A DNA stretch of 62,616 bases, the filler included, from Basidiobolus ranarum (lineage: Eukaryota), in assembly GCA_040143965.1 (NCBI GenBank). It is 15 parts of 15 records of this genome, joined end to end, with 100 filler letters (N's around TTAATTAATTAA, not from the genome) between each part and the next. Parts side by side here need not be neighbours in the genome. Positions count along the whole stretch, not along the records: positions 8,388 to 12,476 come from JASJQH010002121.1; positions 12,577 to 16,665 come from JASJQH010002122.1; positions 16,766 to 20,849 come from JASJQH010002123.1; positions 20,950 to 25,032 come from JASJQH010002124.1; 11 more parts are not named here. The stretch is one strand, 5' to 3'. Below the pieces are notes generated by a model. That model did not search any database. It worked only from the letters and a program-made list of their open reading frames with translations, and had not been told where the DNA came from. Shown one piece after another: positions 8,880-21,340 of this stretch; within the stretch, counting starts at the first letter, position 1; each line of letters starts with the position of its first letter. The position numbers were made by a program, and so were the translations under genes.

Positions 8880-11750
8880 CTATTTACCTAATTTCTACAC
8901 TTTCACTCAACTAATTATTATGCTTTCTCTTAAATCAAACTTATATCTTAATAATTAAAATTATACATTAGCTAAAGGCTTGGTTAAGCTGTCAGCAATT
9001 GTTTCTTCAGTAGGGCAATAGAGAAGTTCTATTATAGCAATCTCTATTGCTTCTGTAACAAAATGATGCCCAGTATCTATATGTTTTATTCTAGCATGAA
9101 ATCTAGGGTTTTTAGCTAATGGACTTGTTCTCTGTGATAGTGCCAGATTGTGCTGTATATATCATATTGGATAAAATATTCTAACATTTATGAGGCACAA
9201 TTTGGCACTATCCATCACCCTCTGGCATGATCAATTTCAATCACATTTACTTTAATACATTGATCCAAGGTCCAATAAATCCTGGCACAATGGAACCAGT
9301 CCAATGTATAAAACTTTAATTATCTTCAAATACAGTAATAGCACATTTTTGCAAGTATTCTAAGTCTATAAGTAACTTCTTAACCACATAGCTTGTTGGG
9401 TAGTAGCAGAGGCAGCCATGTACTCTGCTTCTGTAGTGGAAAGTGCTGTGGTTGGTTGCGTCTCACTATACCAAGTTATGGCCCCATTACCATAGGGAAA
9501 AGTGTACCCAGTTGTTGAACTTCAATCATCAAGATTTCTTCCCCAGTCTGCATCACTGGACCCTTGAAAAGTTTGTGCATCAGGAGAGGCAGAGTATTCC
9601 AGAACCAGATCTACAGTTCCTCTCACATACTGGAATATTTGTTTCCTGCAGTTTTGCACTCCGATCCTGGATTTTTGAGATATTGCCTGATAGTTTCCAC
9701 TGCCACAGCAATGTCTGGATGTGTTCCAACCATTGTATACATTAAACTACCCATCATGGATTGAAAAGGGAACTCCTGGCTTTGATTTGAGTCATTTTGG
9801 GTCAAATAGGATGATATTTTAATCAAGTTTGTATTGAGATCCATTCAGGTTGATGCAGGCTTGCTATTCTCCATATTGAGGCATTTTAGGATACCTAGGA
9901 CATATCTACACTGGTTCAACAAGAAATTCTTCTTGAGTTTATCTCTCTTGATTTGGATTCCAAGAAAATAACTTAATTCACCCATATCAGTCTTCAATAT
10001 TGTTTTGACAAGCTGCTTTGTGTCTGATTAAGTGTTTCTAGATTTTTTGTGGCTATGATCAAGTCATCAACATCTAGTGCCAAGATAAGGATGCTATTTC
10101 TGATTGTTTTGATGTTTATATTGTGATCTTCCATACATTTTTGGAATTCTTGTGATTCCAAATAGGTATCTATCTTGTTGTACAATGCCCTGGGTGCTTG
10201 CTTGAGTCCTTATAGCAATTGTTGCAGTTTACAGACCATATAATGGTGTTTTGGGTCAACAAATCCATCTGGTTGCTCCATATAGATCTCTTCTTCTAGA
10301 TTTTCATTTGGAAAGGCTGTTTTTACGTCCCTTTGATGTAAATCAAGGTTACAGATGGATGAAAGTGCCAGGATTGATCTAATGGAGCTAAACTTTGTTA
10401 CTAGAGCAAGAGTTCTATGAAAATCAACTCCTGGTGTCTGGGAATAACCTTTTGCAACTGATCTTGCTTTGTACCTTTCTATGGTTCCACCAGCTTGGTT
10501 TTTGACGTTGTATACCCATTTGCAACCGGTTGGCTTTCTCCCTGATGGTAGAGGGTTTAAAACCCATGTTTTGTTGTCCCAACCTGAAGGAAACTTATCA
10601 GACATTGCTTTTGGCCTTAATTTTGATTCTGGATATTCCAGAGCTTGATCTAGAGTCTGTGGCTGCTCACAGAGTGCTGCATAAGCATATACATCATCAT
10701 TGGAAGTGTTCCACCAGTTTCCTGGCATATTACTTCTTTTCAATGAGCTTCTGAGACCTGAATCCTCCTCTAATGTAATTGAGACTGATATTTCAGTTCA
10801 ATAGGGCTCATATACAGCTGAAAATTTTTCGGACACCTTCAGAATAGTGCTGATTGTGTTTCTAGATCAACGACTGTGATATGAGGTGCAAAATTCTCTT
10901 ATTCACCAAAAATTACATATCTCCCTTAACTAACTTCTGATCTTTGGTATCAAACACTCTGTAGGCCTTAGATATGACACAGTAACCAAGAAATGTGCAT
11001 TTTCTGCTTTTGGGATCCAATTTAGAGTGTCTTTGCACTGGAGTTAGGCACTATGCTGTGCAACCAAGGATTCCAAGATGATCCACACTTGTTTTTGATC
11101 CATACAGGGTGTGAAATGGAGTGGCATTTTGTAGCAATCTTGTTTGGCATCCGTTTTTGATATATACTGCAGTGGCAACAGATTCAGCCAACTTTTGGTA
11201 ATCTAACTTATGATCATGTAACATTGATCTTACCATCTCTACCATAAGCTTATTAGCACATTCTGCAACTCCATTTTGCGGCTGAATATAAGGTACAGTA
11301 GCTTGTTGCTTAATTCAATGTTTAGAACAAAAACTAGTACAGTCTTTTGAGCAGTATTCTCCACCATTATCATTACTGAATACCCTTATTTTTTGTGCTG
11401 ATTCTTTCTCTACTTTTGCTTTGTAGTGTTTGAATGTAGCTAAGGCTTCCAATTTTGTTTTGAGAAAGAATACCCATGTATATCTTGATTTGTCATTAGT
11501 AAAGGTCAAAAAGTACCTTTTCCCACCTAGTGCAACATTTTTCATGGGCCCACATTGGCCAAAATGAATCAGGGCAAAATTATGAGTGTGTTGGTTCTCT
11601 CCACAGCTTGAAAATGGCTGTCTATGATGTTTACATATAAGAAACCTTCACACAGATCCAATTTGGTGATATTTCCAATTTCTAATCCTGCAACAAGCTG
11701 ATATATATTGATATATGCTGCAAAGCTCCTGAATTAATGTACCATGTTTC
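8880..11750 (-). mobile_element. Degenerate Ty1/Copia pol (integrase, reverse transcriptase, RNase H) plus the first 20 nt of its 3' LTR
   Basis: Integrase GGKRYFLTFTNDKSRYTWVF/DNGGEY and VEMVRSML; RT GCKWVY..K....IERYKARSVAKGYSQTPGVDF, LHQRDVKTAF, LDVDDL; RNase H NPRFHARIKHID. Many stops and frameshifts. Confidence 0.93.
9121..9302 (-). mobile_element. 182-bp MITE, copy 1 (TIR GGACTTGTTC, 3-bp TSD AAT), inserted in Copia RNase H
   Basis: Ends ggacttgttc...gaaccagtcc flanked by AAT on both sides. Homologous to three other copies in the window. Confidence 0.85.
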
Positions 11751-11835
11751 TTAGTTTTCTTTAGTGGTTATTGATAAGGCAGACATAGATAGATGATTCC
11801 TATTAGTGCTTGAAGACAAGCACCTTTTGCAATTT

Positions 11836-12476
11836 GTTACGGAAGAAAATATAGAGCCCTAGGGACCATCATAAGCTATCCATGCCTTTCACAAGAGGCT
11901 GAGGAGAGCACTCTCTACACTTTGTGTACACCTCAGATACTCTGCATGGAGGCAAATGCAATCAGCCACAAATGTCCAAAATGCTTGGGAAACACTTGAG
12001 GGACTATATGAGACTAAAGGTCTGGTTGATAGGCTATATCCTGGGCAAATATTATTCTCTATTCATCTGAATTCTGATGATATATGCTTAATCAATTATA
12101 TTGGATAAAAACTATGGTAGGTCAGCTCTCATCCATTGGGGTATATCTAAACAAAGATGACTTAGTCAAGACACTACTTAGGAGCCTGGCAGATGAGTTA
12201 GGGAACCACTCAATTGCCCCAGAATGCAGATCAGTACCATTAACAATGAAATATGTTCCAGCTAGGCTTTGGAATGAGGAATGAAGGAGATCTATTTCTC
12301 AGCATAATAAGGCAGAACAGGCATTTTTTGGAGCTATAAAATGTCCAACAGGCATCATAATAGTACCCTTAATATAAAATCAATCATCTGCAAGTATTGA
12401 AGAAAACCAATCCATATTATTAAAGATTGCAGAAAAAGGATTTTTGCTGAAGAGCAAAAATCTGAACAAGCATATT
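11836..12476 (+). mobile_element. Degenerate Copia gag fragment, opposite orientation to the adjacent pol
   Basis: MVGQLSSIGVYLNKDDLVKTLLRSLADE (gag UBN2-like) and a zinc-knuckle remnant. Nucleotide similarity to 35606-36240. Confidence 0.75.
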
Positions 12477-14603
12477 NNNNNNNNNNNNNNNNNNNNNNNN
12501 NNNNNNNNNNNNNNNNNNNNTTAATTAATTAANNNNNNNNNNNNNNNNNNNNNNNNNNNNNNNNNNNNNNNNNNNNTGACACCAGATTGCCAAGAAGGGA
12601 TGGCACAGTAGATATGATGTCATAATCTAATAATAGAAGAGTTCCATATGCAGTGGATCAGTATGCCGAGATCAGAATCATGACACAAAGACCACCAAGT
12701 TTACTGATGGCAGGAGTGTCACCAATACATACAATGCTATTAGCTTTAATAAGAAATTCACCCATCTGAACCCCATTAGACAACCATTCAGATTCCACAA
12801 TCAAAGGCTCCAAGAAGCAATCTATAAGCACTGGTGATGTAGGTCCAGATATGATGGATAGCATAAGAATATTTTGACTCTTATACCATTCAGAAAGAGG
12901 AAGATTTAAGTTAATTAAAATTATTGGCCAGCAAGGCTTTCCAACCGTATATTTGTTTAGCAAGAAACCATCCAGAGCCAATGCAAATGCATGATCATAC
13001 TTGTTCACCAAGAAACCTTGACTTTTCAGATTCTGGTAGTGATATTCATCAAGTATATTGGTACTACCATCAGCTTTATGGTGAGTACCTTAATAGTAGA
13101 TCAATGAGCTATATTTGGGTAATTTCATCAAAACTTTAAGACAGGGAATCAACAGTATGTAAGACAAATATGAACAATATTTACCTGATTCAGTGATTGC
13201 CAATTGCATGCAAACAGTACATGAGTTCAGGTTTTTCAGATTGCCAGTGAAGCTAAACAACCATTTGGACATGAAGGGAGTTTAACTACTGAAGGATTAT
13301 ACATATGATGGACAAGTGTTTTCCACTTGTACCAGGTCTGTGGCAAGCAACAGTTGCCAATTAACTGTGGTAAATGTGTAAGAAAGCCAATAAATATCTG
13401 GTTGCTAAGATTGGATTCAACTCTCAACTCCTCAATATTCAAAGCTGCTTCCTTTACTGTAAGTGTTATCTTAGGTATAGCTCATCAATGTCATCAGCTG
13501 ATTCTGAGATGGTGTCACAGATGATTCATCAAGGGATTTACAAGATATCTCTGGTTATTAATTGCAACTTTAGTTTATTATAAGCTGTTTCTAACCAATT
13601 TGATTACACTAAGTTTAGCATCTAAAAATTTCAATGCCATTCAAAAAGTGTTCAAAACCTAAGTCAAAATTGGCTTCCAAGCCAAAGCCTGCTGGCACAA
13701 AAGGAAAAAACCAGCAGGAACACAGGACTTAATTGATGAGCAGTCTAGCAATCTACTAACCACTTTGGAAGGCATTACCATGCTGGAAACTAACTCAAGT
13801 AATGATGAAGCATTAATCAACTTACCAGATGTGTTCCTTTCCAATAATAGTGCAAGTGAAGAGATGGTAATACCCCAATTATGTAGTACATCAATAGTTA
13901 AGCAAAGTTCAACTAACACACAGTCAAGACCATCAACTTCCAAAAAGGCTACTTTGCACACTATTGAACAACTCTCCACAGAAAATTTGGATAGAATTAT
14001 TACAACAAGAGAATTGCAGGCAAACACCACAGCAATTTATATGTGATCAAAAGTAAAAGCTACAGAGTTACTATACAGGCTATAAAAGGTAATAATGCTG
14101 CAATATTGCAATTAATGCAGCATTTGGAAACAACTAGTCAACAGTTAGAAAGTCACTCAACACTGATAAAAGAACTTTAGAATGCTGCACTTGACCTACA
14201 GCCACATGCTCCTCCCTCTGTCCATTCTCATATGGGATTTCAATCCATCCCATACCATACATATGATTGTCACCATGACAATCTAGCAGTGTAGAATATG
14301 TGTTGAATCATTAAGCCTACACAACATCCTGTAATTGCTTGGACATATGAAAGTAGAAAACATATAGGAAAACTGGCAAACCAAAAGACTCTGAATGTTG
14401 GAGCTGCAATCACTTGCTCTGACAATGAGTGGTTTAACATTTTGGAAACTGTGCGGAATCTTGCCCATAATCATCTGGATTTGAGCTAATTTTGGAAAAA
14501 CCAAAAACCAGGTGTTACTGTGAAGGTTCTTGGCTTGTTTCATGTTGCCTATCCTGGGTTCTTGCCAGCAAATGGCAATTGGCCTAGTATAGTCCTATTC
14601 ATG

Positions 14604-14785
14604 GGACCAGTTCCATTGTGCCAAGATTTATCACACCTTGAATCCATATATTAGAGTAAATGTGATTGAAATTGCTCATGTCAGAGAGTGATGGATAGTG
14701 TTAAGTTGTGCCACATAAATTTTTGAATAGGTCATCCAATAAGATATATGCAGCACAATATGGCACTATCACCAGGAACAAGTTG
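14604..14785 (+). mobile_element. 182-bp MITE, copy 2 (TSD ATG)
   Basis: atg[ggaccagttc...gaacaagttg]atg. The empty site (ctattg ATG aaacat) is visible in the paralogous transposon on the - strand near 20590-20605. Confidence 0.85.
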
Positions 14786-15071
14786 ATGAAACATCTCAAA
14801 AATGCACACAATTATCAACTTGGAAAAGAAAGAAAAGCAGCTAAAGAAGTACTCAAGGAGCGGGAAGTTAATAAACCCAAGGAAAGAGCAAAGGAGCCAG
14901 TGAGTTTAGGCTTTACCATCCCACTTACCTAATCCTTCACATCATTACAATGATCTGCATTTCTGAAGTCAGATATACTGGCAAAAAAGCTTAATTTCTC
15001 CATGGAACCAGGTTCACCAGTTGGAAGAGTACTAAATTTGGAAGTTTATCAAACACCTGGCACCTCTCAAC

Positions 15072-15446
15072 TGTTGAGGTTTATTGTCTTTATCATATTT
15101 GTTATCTCTATCCTTATAGATCTAACTATTTCATATATCAAATATAAGTTAGTAAACATTTCTTAGTCATATATCACTTAGCTGAAAGTTGGAACATATA
15201 TTATATATATATGTAAATAATGTGAGAATTAGCAGTTTCATATAGGAAATTTCAAACTTGACCAAATTGCCCCAAAAATAGCTCATTTTACTCTCACAGA
15301 TGTTTTGAACACAACCCCAGTGTTAGTTTTCTGTATTTCCACCAAGATGTATAAATACTTTATTTCTGGACAATAAATTATCTCACAAAGCTCTTCTCAA
15401 CCCCACTTTTCTAAAGTTCCTCCAAACAGCCCATATTTTCCCAATA
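15072..15446 (+). mobile_element. Solo LTR, family 1, with 5-bp TSD TCAAC
   Basis: tcaac[TGTTGA...CCAATA]tcaac. Matches 8502-8879. The empty site ggcacctcTCAACaagcc is present in the paralog near 20310-20326 (-). Confidence 0.88.
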
Positions 15447-16765
15447 TCAACAAGCCAAAACACCTACAAATAAAAGTCATGGCTCTCCAACCTCAACTGG
15501 TACTTTTCAAAGTGTTGAAATTTGCCCCAAACTTAAAGGTAAGCAAAAAGCCACACAAACACCACTAAGCACCCTCAGTAGTATCACACTACAAGGACAC
15601 ATGAAAATAGTAAAAGTGCTTGAGCAGTATTTTCAAAAGTATGAGAGGAAAAACACAGTGCAGGTATGCACAAAGTAGCTTCAGAAGAAGAACATTCAAC
15701 TTGACACTCAGTCTGATGTTGACCATGCAGATATCTGGGAAGAATGCAATACAGAGTGGCACAAGATTACAGGGTATCTGCCAGATAGCTGGAAGAATAT
15801 TGATTCAGCAACATTAATACAATGGTGGGCTTTGATGCTTATATTGATACAAGCTTGTGTTAGATATGAGCTAAACCTTGGGTATGAAGAACTCTGTAAA
15901 ATATTCAGGAGAATATATCAAAGACACTGGGAATTTATAAGGTGACAAATTAGCATTCAAGTGGTAAATGTGTAAAATTTGAGTTAGGTTTTTTGCACAT
16001 GTGTTGATCCATAGTTTGCTGAGATTGTAGCCTATCATGAGCAACTATTTTGCAAGATCTTGATATTTCACTCTTGACACTGAAAAAATTGATTAATAGC
16101 AAATCTAACTTGATGATTTTATGATGGTAAGTAAACAGTCAATCGCAAATGTATTAAAATTGTCATGGTCTTCCTACAATAACAATCCCCAAATTTCTGT
16201 CAGGGAATAATACTGTGTATCTCAATTTATCTCACCAAGAAGTTTGTCTTGCAACTTTCCTAGAAATAATGTCAGATTATCACATAAAAAATTAGCCCAA
16301 ATTTAGAGAAACTTACTCTATGTACATGGATTGGGTTTTGTTACTGTTATTGTGCTCACAAAATGCAAAAACCTGTGAACACATTCAAAAGAGCTCTTTG
16401 TGGGAAGGTTAATATACTCTGGAGTTTCCTTAACCCATTGTATTACATCCATCACTGATTTTGCTGATATATTGTTAATCAGATTAGCATATGATAATAA
16501 TAACAATTTTACATGAAGCATTATTTCACCGCAGGTGCATGCCATCAGGAACTGGCAGAATGTATAACAAAGACCCATAATTTCTAAGTGTTATGAAAGA
16601 TGCAGCAGGGAATGTATTGAATTCTAGCATGTATTTAGTCCATCTTCTCTAAACCTGTAATAAAGNNNNNNNNNNNNNNNNNNNNNNNNNNNNNNNNNNN
16701 NNNNNNNNNTTAATTAATTAANNNNNNNNNNNNNNNNNNNNNNNNNNNNNNNNNNNNNNNNNNNN

Positions 16766-19700
16766 ATGTCAAAGTATTAATCTTCATATTTCGAATGTGT
16801 TAATGATTTCCAGCAATTTTCACAAAAATATAATTTTTGAATGGCAAATTACTGGGTTTACTGTTGTAGGAATTGAAATTAATAAGCATGTCTTCATGTA
16901 GAAATTTTTGGCTTTGTACTCCTGCCATAATGAAAATCAAAAAATACAAAAATCTTGTTGTGTTTAGTCTCTACATATGAACATACTTGACTGATGAGAC
17001 ATAACTCAACAACATCAATATTCTGGACTTGTTCCATTGTGCTAGGATTTATTGGACCTTGGATCAAAATAATAGAGTAAATCTGATTGAAATTGATCTT
17101 GCTGGAGGGTGATGGATAGTGCCAAATTGTGCCACATAAATTTTAGAATACTTTATCCATTATAATATATACAGCACAATCTGACACTATCACAGACAAC
17201 AAGTCCACTTTAACAGCAAACTAATGGTGAAAAAATTGCTGAACATCTAAAATTTTGAATAGCACTGACACTTGGCAAATAGCTGACTCTTGTTACCATT
17301 CACAATGAGAATAAGCTTGTGGATTCTGGTATGTTTCCACAAAGACTTCAGCCAATATATCCTCAGCTTGCAGTCAGTAATATTCTGCCACAAGTAGTTG
17401 TGTCATTTCTTAAATAGATTACCCCATGGCTAAACCAATAATACTGCATATCTCAATCTATCTCACCAAGAAGTCTGTTTTGCAGCTTTCTTGGAAGTAC
17501 CATCAGATTATACACAAACAAATTAGTCCAAATTATAGAGATACTTACTCTATCTCCATGGATTGGGCTTTGTTGCTGTTATTGTACTCAAACAGTGCAA
17601 AAACCCATAAGCACATTGAAAAGAGCCCTTTGTTGGAAGATGAATATACTCTGATGTCTCCTTAACCCATTACATTACATCCATCCCTGATCTTGCTGAT
17701 ACATTTTTAATCAGATTAGTATAGAGTAATACTGATGATTTCACACAAGCATCATTTCACTGTAGGTGTGCTCCATTAGGAGTTCCCCAAATGTATAGCA
17801 AGGGACTATAATAATATAATTTCCATAAAGCATACAGCCAATATATCCCAACTTGCAGTCAACCAATGTCCTGCCACAAGTAGATGTGTCATTGCTTGAA
17901 TAGAATACCCCATGGCTAAAACAATAATACTGCATATCTCAATCTATCTCACCAAGAAGTCTGTTTTGCAGCTTTCTTGGAAGTACCATTGGATTATACA
18001 CAAACAAATTAGTCCAAATTATAGAGATACTTACTCTGTCTCCATGGATTAGGCTTTGTTGCTGTTATTGTGCTCAAACAATGCAAAAAACAATGAGCAC
18101 ATTGAAAAGGGTCCTTTGTTGGAAGGTTAGTATACTCTGGAGTCTCTTTAACCCATTCCATTAGATCTATCACTGATTTTGCTGATACATTGTTAATCAG
18201 ATTACATATGGTTATACTGACTATTTCACATGGAACATCATTTCACCACAGGTGCACTCCATTGGGAACTCCCAGAATGTATAGCAAGGGTCAATAATCT
18301 CTAAGCATTGTGAAAGATGCAGCAGGGAATGTATTGAATACCAGCATCCATTCAGTCTATCTTCTTTAAACCTGTAATAAAGTGTATCATATCCAATTAC
18401 AAAATATTTGCACAGTTGCTGTATCTGGCTGACATCTGCCAATGTGAGTGGATGCCATAAGAATATATTAACAATATTGGCAAACAACTCCCTATGTTGC
18501 CAATACTTATCAGGCAGAAATCTTTTCAAGATATCACTTGAATATATACAAATCCAATACTTCCAGTTTGTTGAAATTCAAACTTTGATCCTATCTTGAA
18601 TGGCTCATTCATATTGAATATTCCACTATATAGCTGGGCAAGGAGTATTGGAATGTTGTTGAATAGTATGTGCATAGTGCCTAATGGGAAGCTCTGGCTC
18701 CAGCTGATCCCCTTTAGCAATATAATCATAGGCTTACAGCTAATACCAAGTTTGATGTTAGACTGACTATTTGGTGAATTGATATCAGTGATCATGTTGA
18801 AATCTGACCAGGCACTTGATGGTAAAATCATGGAGTTTAGTCTTGCATTTGGATTGTAGTAATGTACAGGCCTGATAGAGTAGACTCCATTGATTTGACA
18901 AATTTTACAGCAAGATTGTGCATTGTGCTTGCAAAAACCTCCAAGTTTACTGATGAGAGGAGTGTCTCAATACATTCAAGGATATTAGCTTAAATAAAAT
19001 ATTTACTCATCTGAACCCCATTAGATAACTGTTTAAATTTTGCAACCAAAGGCTCTAAGAAGCTATCTATAAGCACTTGTGATTTAGGTCCAGATATGAT
19101 GGATAGTATCAGAATATTATGACCCTTATACCATTCTGGAGGAGGAAGGTTCAAGTTGATTAAAATTATTGGCCAGCAAGCCTTTTGGACGGTATATTTG
19201 CTTAGCAAGAAACCATCCAGATCCAATGCAAATGCATGATCATATATGTTCTCAAAGAAACCTTGACTTTTTTTTAGATTCTGGTAGTAATATCCATCAA
19301 GTATATTGGTAATACCATCAGCTTTATGGTGAGTACTTTGGTATTGTATCAATGATCTATATTTGGGTGATTTCATCTAAACTCTAAGACAGGGAATCAA
19401 CAGTATGTAAGCCAAATATGAACAATATTTACCTGATTCAGTCAGTGTCAATTGTGTGCAAACAGTGCATGACTTCAAGTTTTTCAGATCACCAGTGAAA
19501 GTAAAAAAACCATTTGTACCTGATGGTAGTTTATTTACTGAATTATAAGTCATACAACTCCCTATCAGCAATTTGAGGATTGTAATTGTAGGAAAGCTGT
19601 CACAATTTTAATCCATTTGGGATTGACTGCTTACTAACCATCATAAAATTGTCAAGTTAGATTTGATTTTACTTAATTTTTTCAGTTTCTTGAGTGAAAT

Positions 19701-20849
19701 TTCAAGATCTCACAAAATTGTTGTGCATGATTGGCTAAAATCTCAGAGAACTATGGATCAACACATGTACAAAAAACATAACTCAAATTGTACACAATTA
19801 CCACTTGAATGCTAATTTGTCACCTTTGAAATCCCTAGTTTCTTTGATATATTTTCCTGAATATTTTTATAGAGTTCTTCATACCCAAGGTTTAATTCAT
19901 ACGCAACACAAGCTTGTATCAACATCTCCATCAAAGCCCACCATTGTATTAATGTTGCTTACTCAACATTCTTCCAGCTATCTGGCAGATACCATGCAAT
20001 ATTGTGCCACCCTCTATTAAGTTCTTCCCAGATATCTGCATGGTCAACACCAGACTGAATGTCAAGTTGAATGTTTTTCTTCTGAAGCCACATTGTATAT
20101 ACTTGCACTGCATTTTTCCCTTCATACTTTTGAAAATACTCCTTGAGCACTTTGACTACTTTTGTACATCCTTGTAGTGTGATACTATTGTGGGTGCTTT
20201 GGCTGTTTGTGCAGTTTTTTGCTTTCCTTCAACTTTGGGGCTAATTTCTACACTTTGAAAAGTACCAGTTGAGGTTGGACAGCTGTGAGTTTTATTTGCT
20301 GATGTTTTGGCTTGTTGAGAGGTGCCAGGTGTTGGATAAACTTCCATAATTAAGCACTCTTGCAACTGGTGTATCTGGTTCCATGGTGAAATTAAGCTTT
20401 TTTGCCAGTATATCTGACTCTGGAAATGCAGATCTTTGTAATGGTGTGAAGAATTTGGTAATTGGGACAGTAGAGCCTAAACTTGGTGGCTCCTTTGCTT
20501 TTCCCTTGGGTTTACTAACTTCCAGCTTCTTCAGTACTTCTTTAGCTGCTTTCTTTCTTTTCCAAGACGATTATTGCATATATTTTTGAGATGTTTCATC
20601 AATAGGCCTATACTAGCCCCATTGCCATTTGCTTGCAAAAACCCAGGATAAGTCACATTAAATAAGTTAAGAATCTTCAGAGTAATGCCTGTTATTTGGT
20701 TTTTCCACAATTGTCTCAAATCCAGGTGATTTTGGGCTAGATTCCACACAGTTTCCAAAATGTTAAACCACTCATCATCAGAGCAAGTGACAGCAGCTCT
20801 GACATTCAGAGTCTTTTGGTTTGCCGGTTTTCCTATGAGATTTCTACTT
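16766..20849 (-). mobile_element. Degenerate CACTA/EnSpm-like transposon, second copy (tnp2 + DUF4218-like + second ORF), with an internal ~490-bp tandem duplication (~17350-18260)
   Basis: DLDGFLLSK...WPIILINLNLPPPEWYK...SGPKS..IDSFLEPLV; FPLGTMHILFNNI; SIHSLLHLSQCLEIIDPCYTFWEFPMECTCG. Confidence 0.82.
17025..17206 (+). mobile_element. 182-bp MITE, copy 3
   Basis: ggacttgttc...caacaagtcc, flanked by tct/act (3-bp TSD with one mismatch). Confidence 0.8.
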
Positions 20850-20949
20850 NNNNNNNNNNNNNNNNNNNNNNNNNNNNNNNNNNNNNNNNNNNNTTAATTA
20901 ATTAANNNNNNNNNNNNNNNNNNNNNNNNNNNNNNNNNNNNNNNNNNNN

Positions 20950-21340
20950 TGATGCAGGTTTTGACCCTTGTTTCAGTGCATGGAGCTTGGTGGCTCAAGT
21001 TCTTTCCTTATCTGCATTTGCAAATGTAGCTTCCAGTTCAGCAAGAAAGGCAAGGAAGTTTGAAAGAAGTGAAGATTGACTTTCCACCAAATGAGTAAAT
21101 CAAGGTAGAGCTGTTTCCAATAATACTGCTCCTACTAGGCCCACTTTTGTTTGGTCACAGGGGTAGCAATGGGGACTTAACTGTATGATGAGTTTTACTT
21201 GGTTGATAAAACCATGACAGTTTTGGCAAGTGCCATCAAACTTATTTGGTAAGGAGATCTTGGGTTCAGCAGTTGGATTTGCTGGATAGTTGGGTGGAGC
21301 TGGATTCTGTACTTGAGCAAGCGAAGCACAAAGTTTTTGA
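20950..21340 (-). mobile_element. Ty3/Gypsy gag remnant
   Basis: The reverse strand reads EPKISLPNKFDGTCQNCHGFINQVKLII...QTKVGLVGAVL, a retrotransposon-gag capsid-like N-terminus, followed by stops. Confidence 0.7.

Larger units (their letters stand above)
12577..16665. mobile_element. Degenerate CACTA/EnSpm-like DNA transposon: tnp2 transposase on - (~12577-13450), second ORF on + (~13650-16150), DUF4218-like 3' part on - (~16200-16665)
   Basis: ALALDGF...CWPIILINLNLP..EWYKSQNILMLSIISGP.SPVLID.FLEPL...GDTPAISKLGG (Transposase_21/tnp2-type motifs). Homologous copies lie in contigs 5 and 7. Confidence 0.8.
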
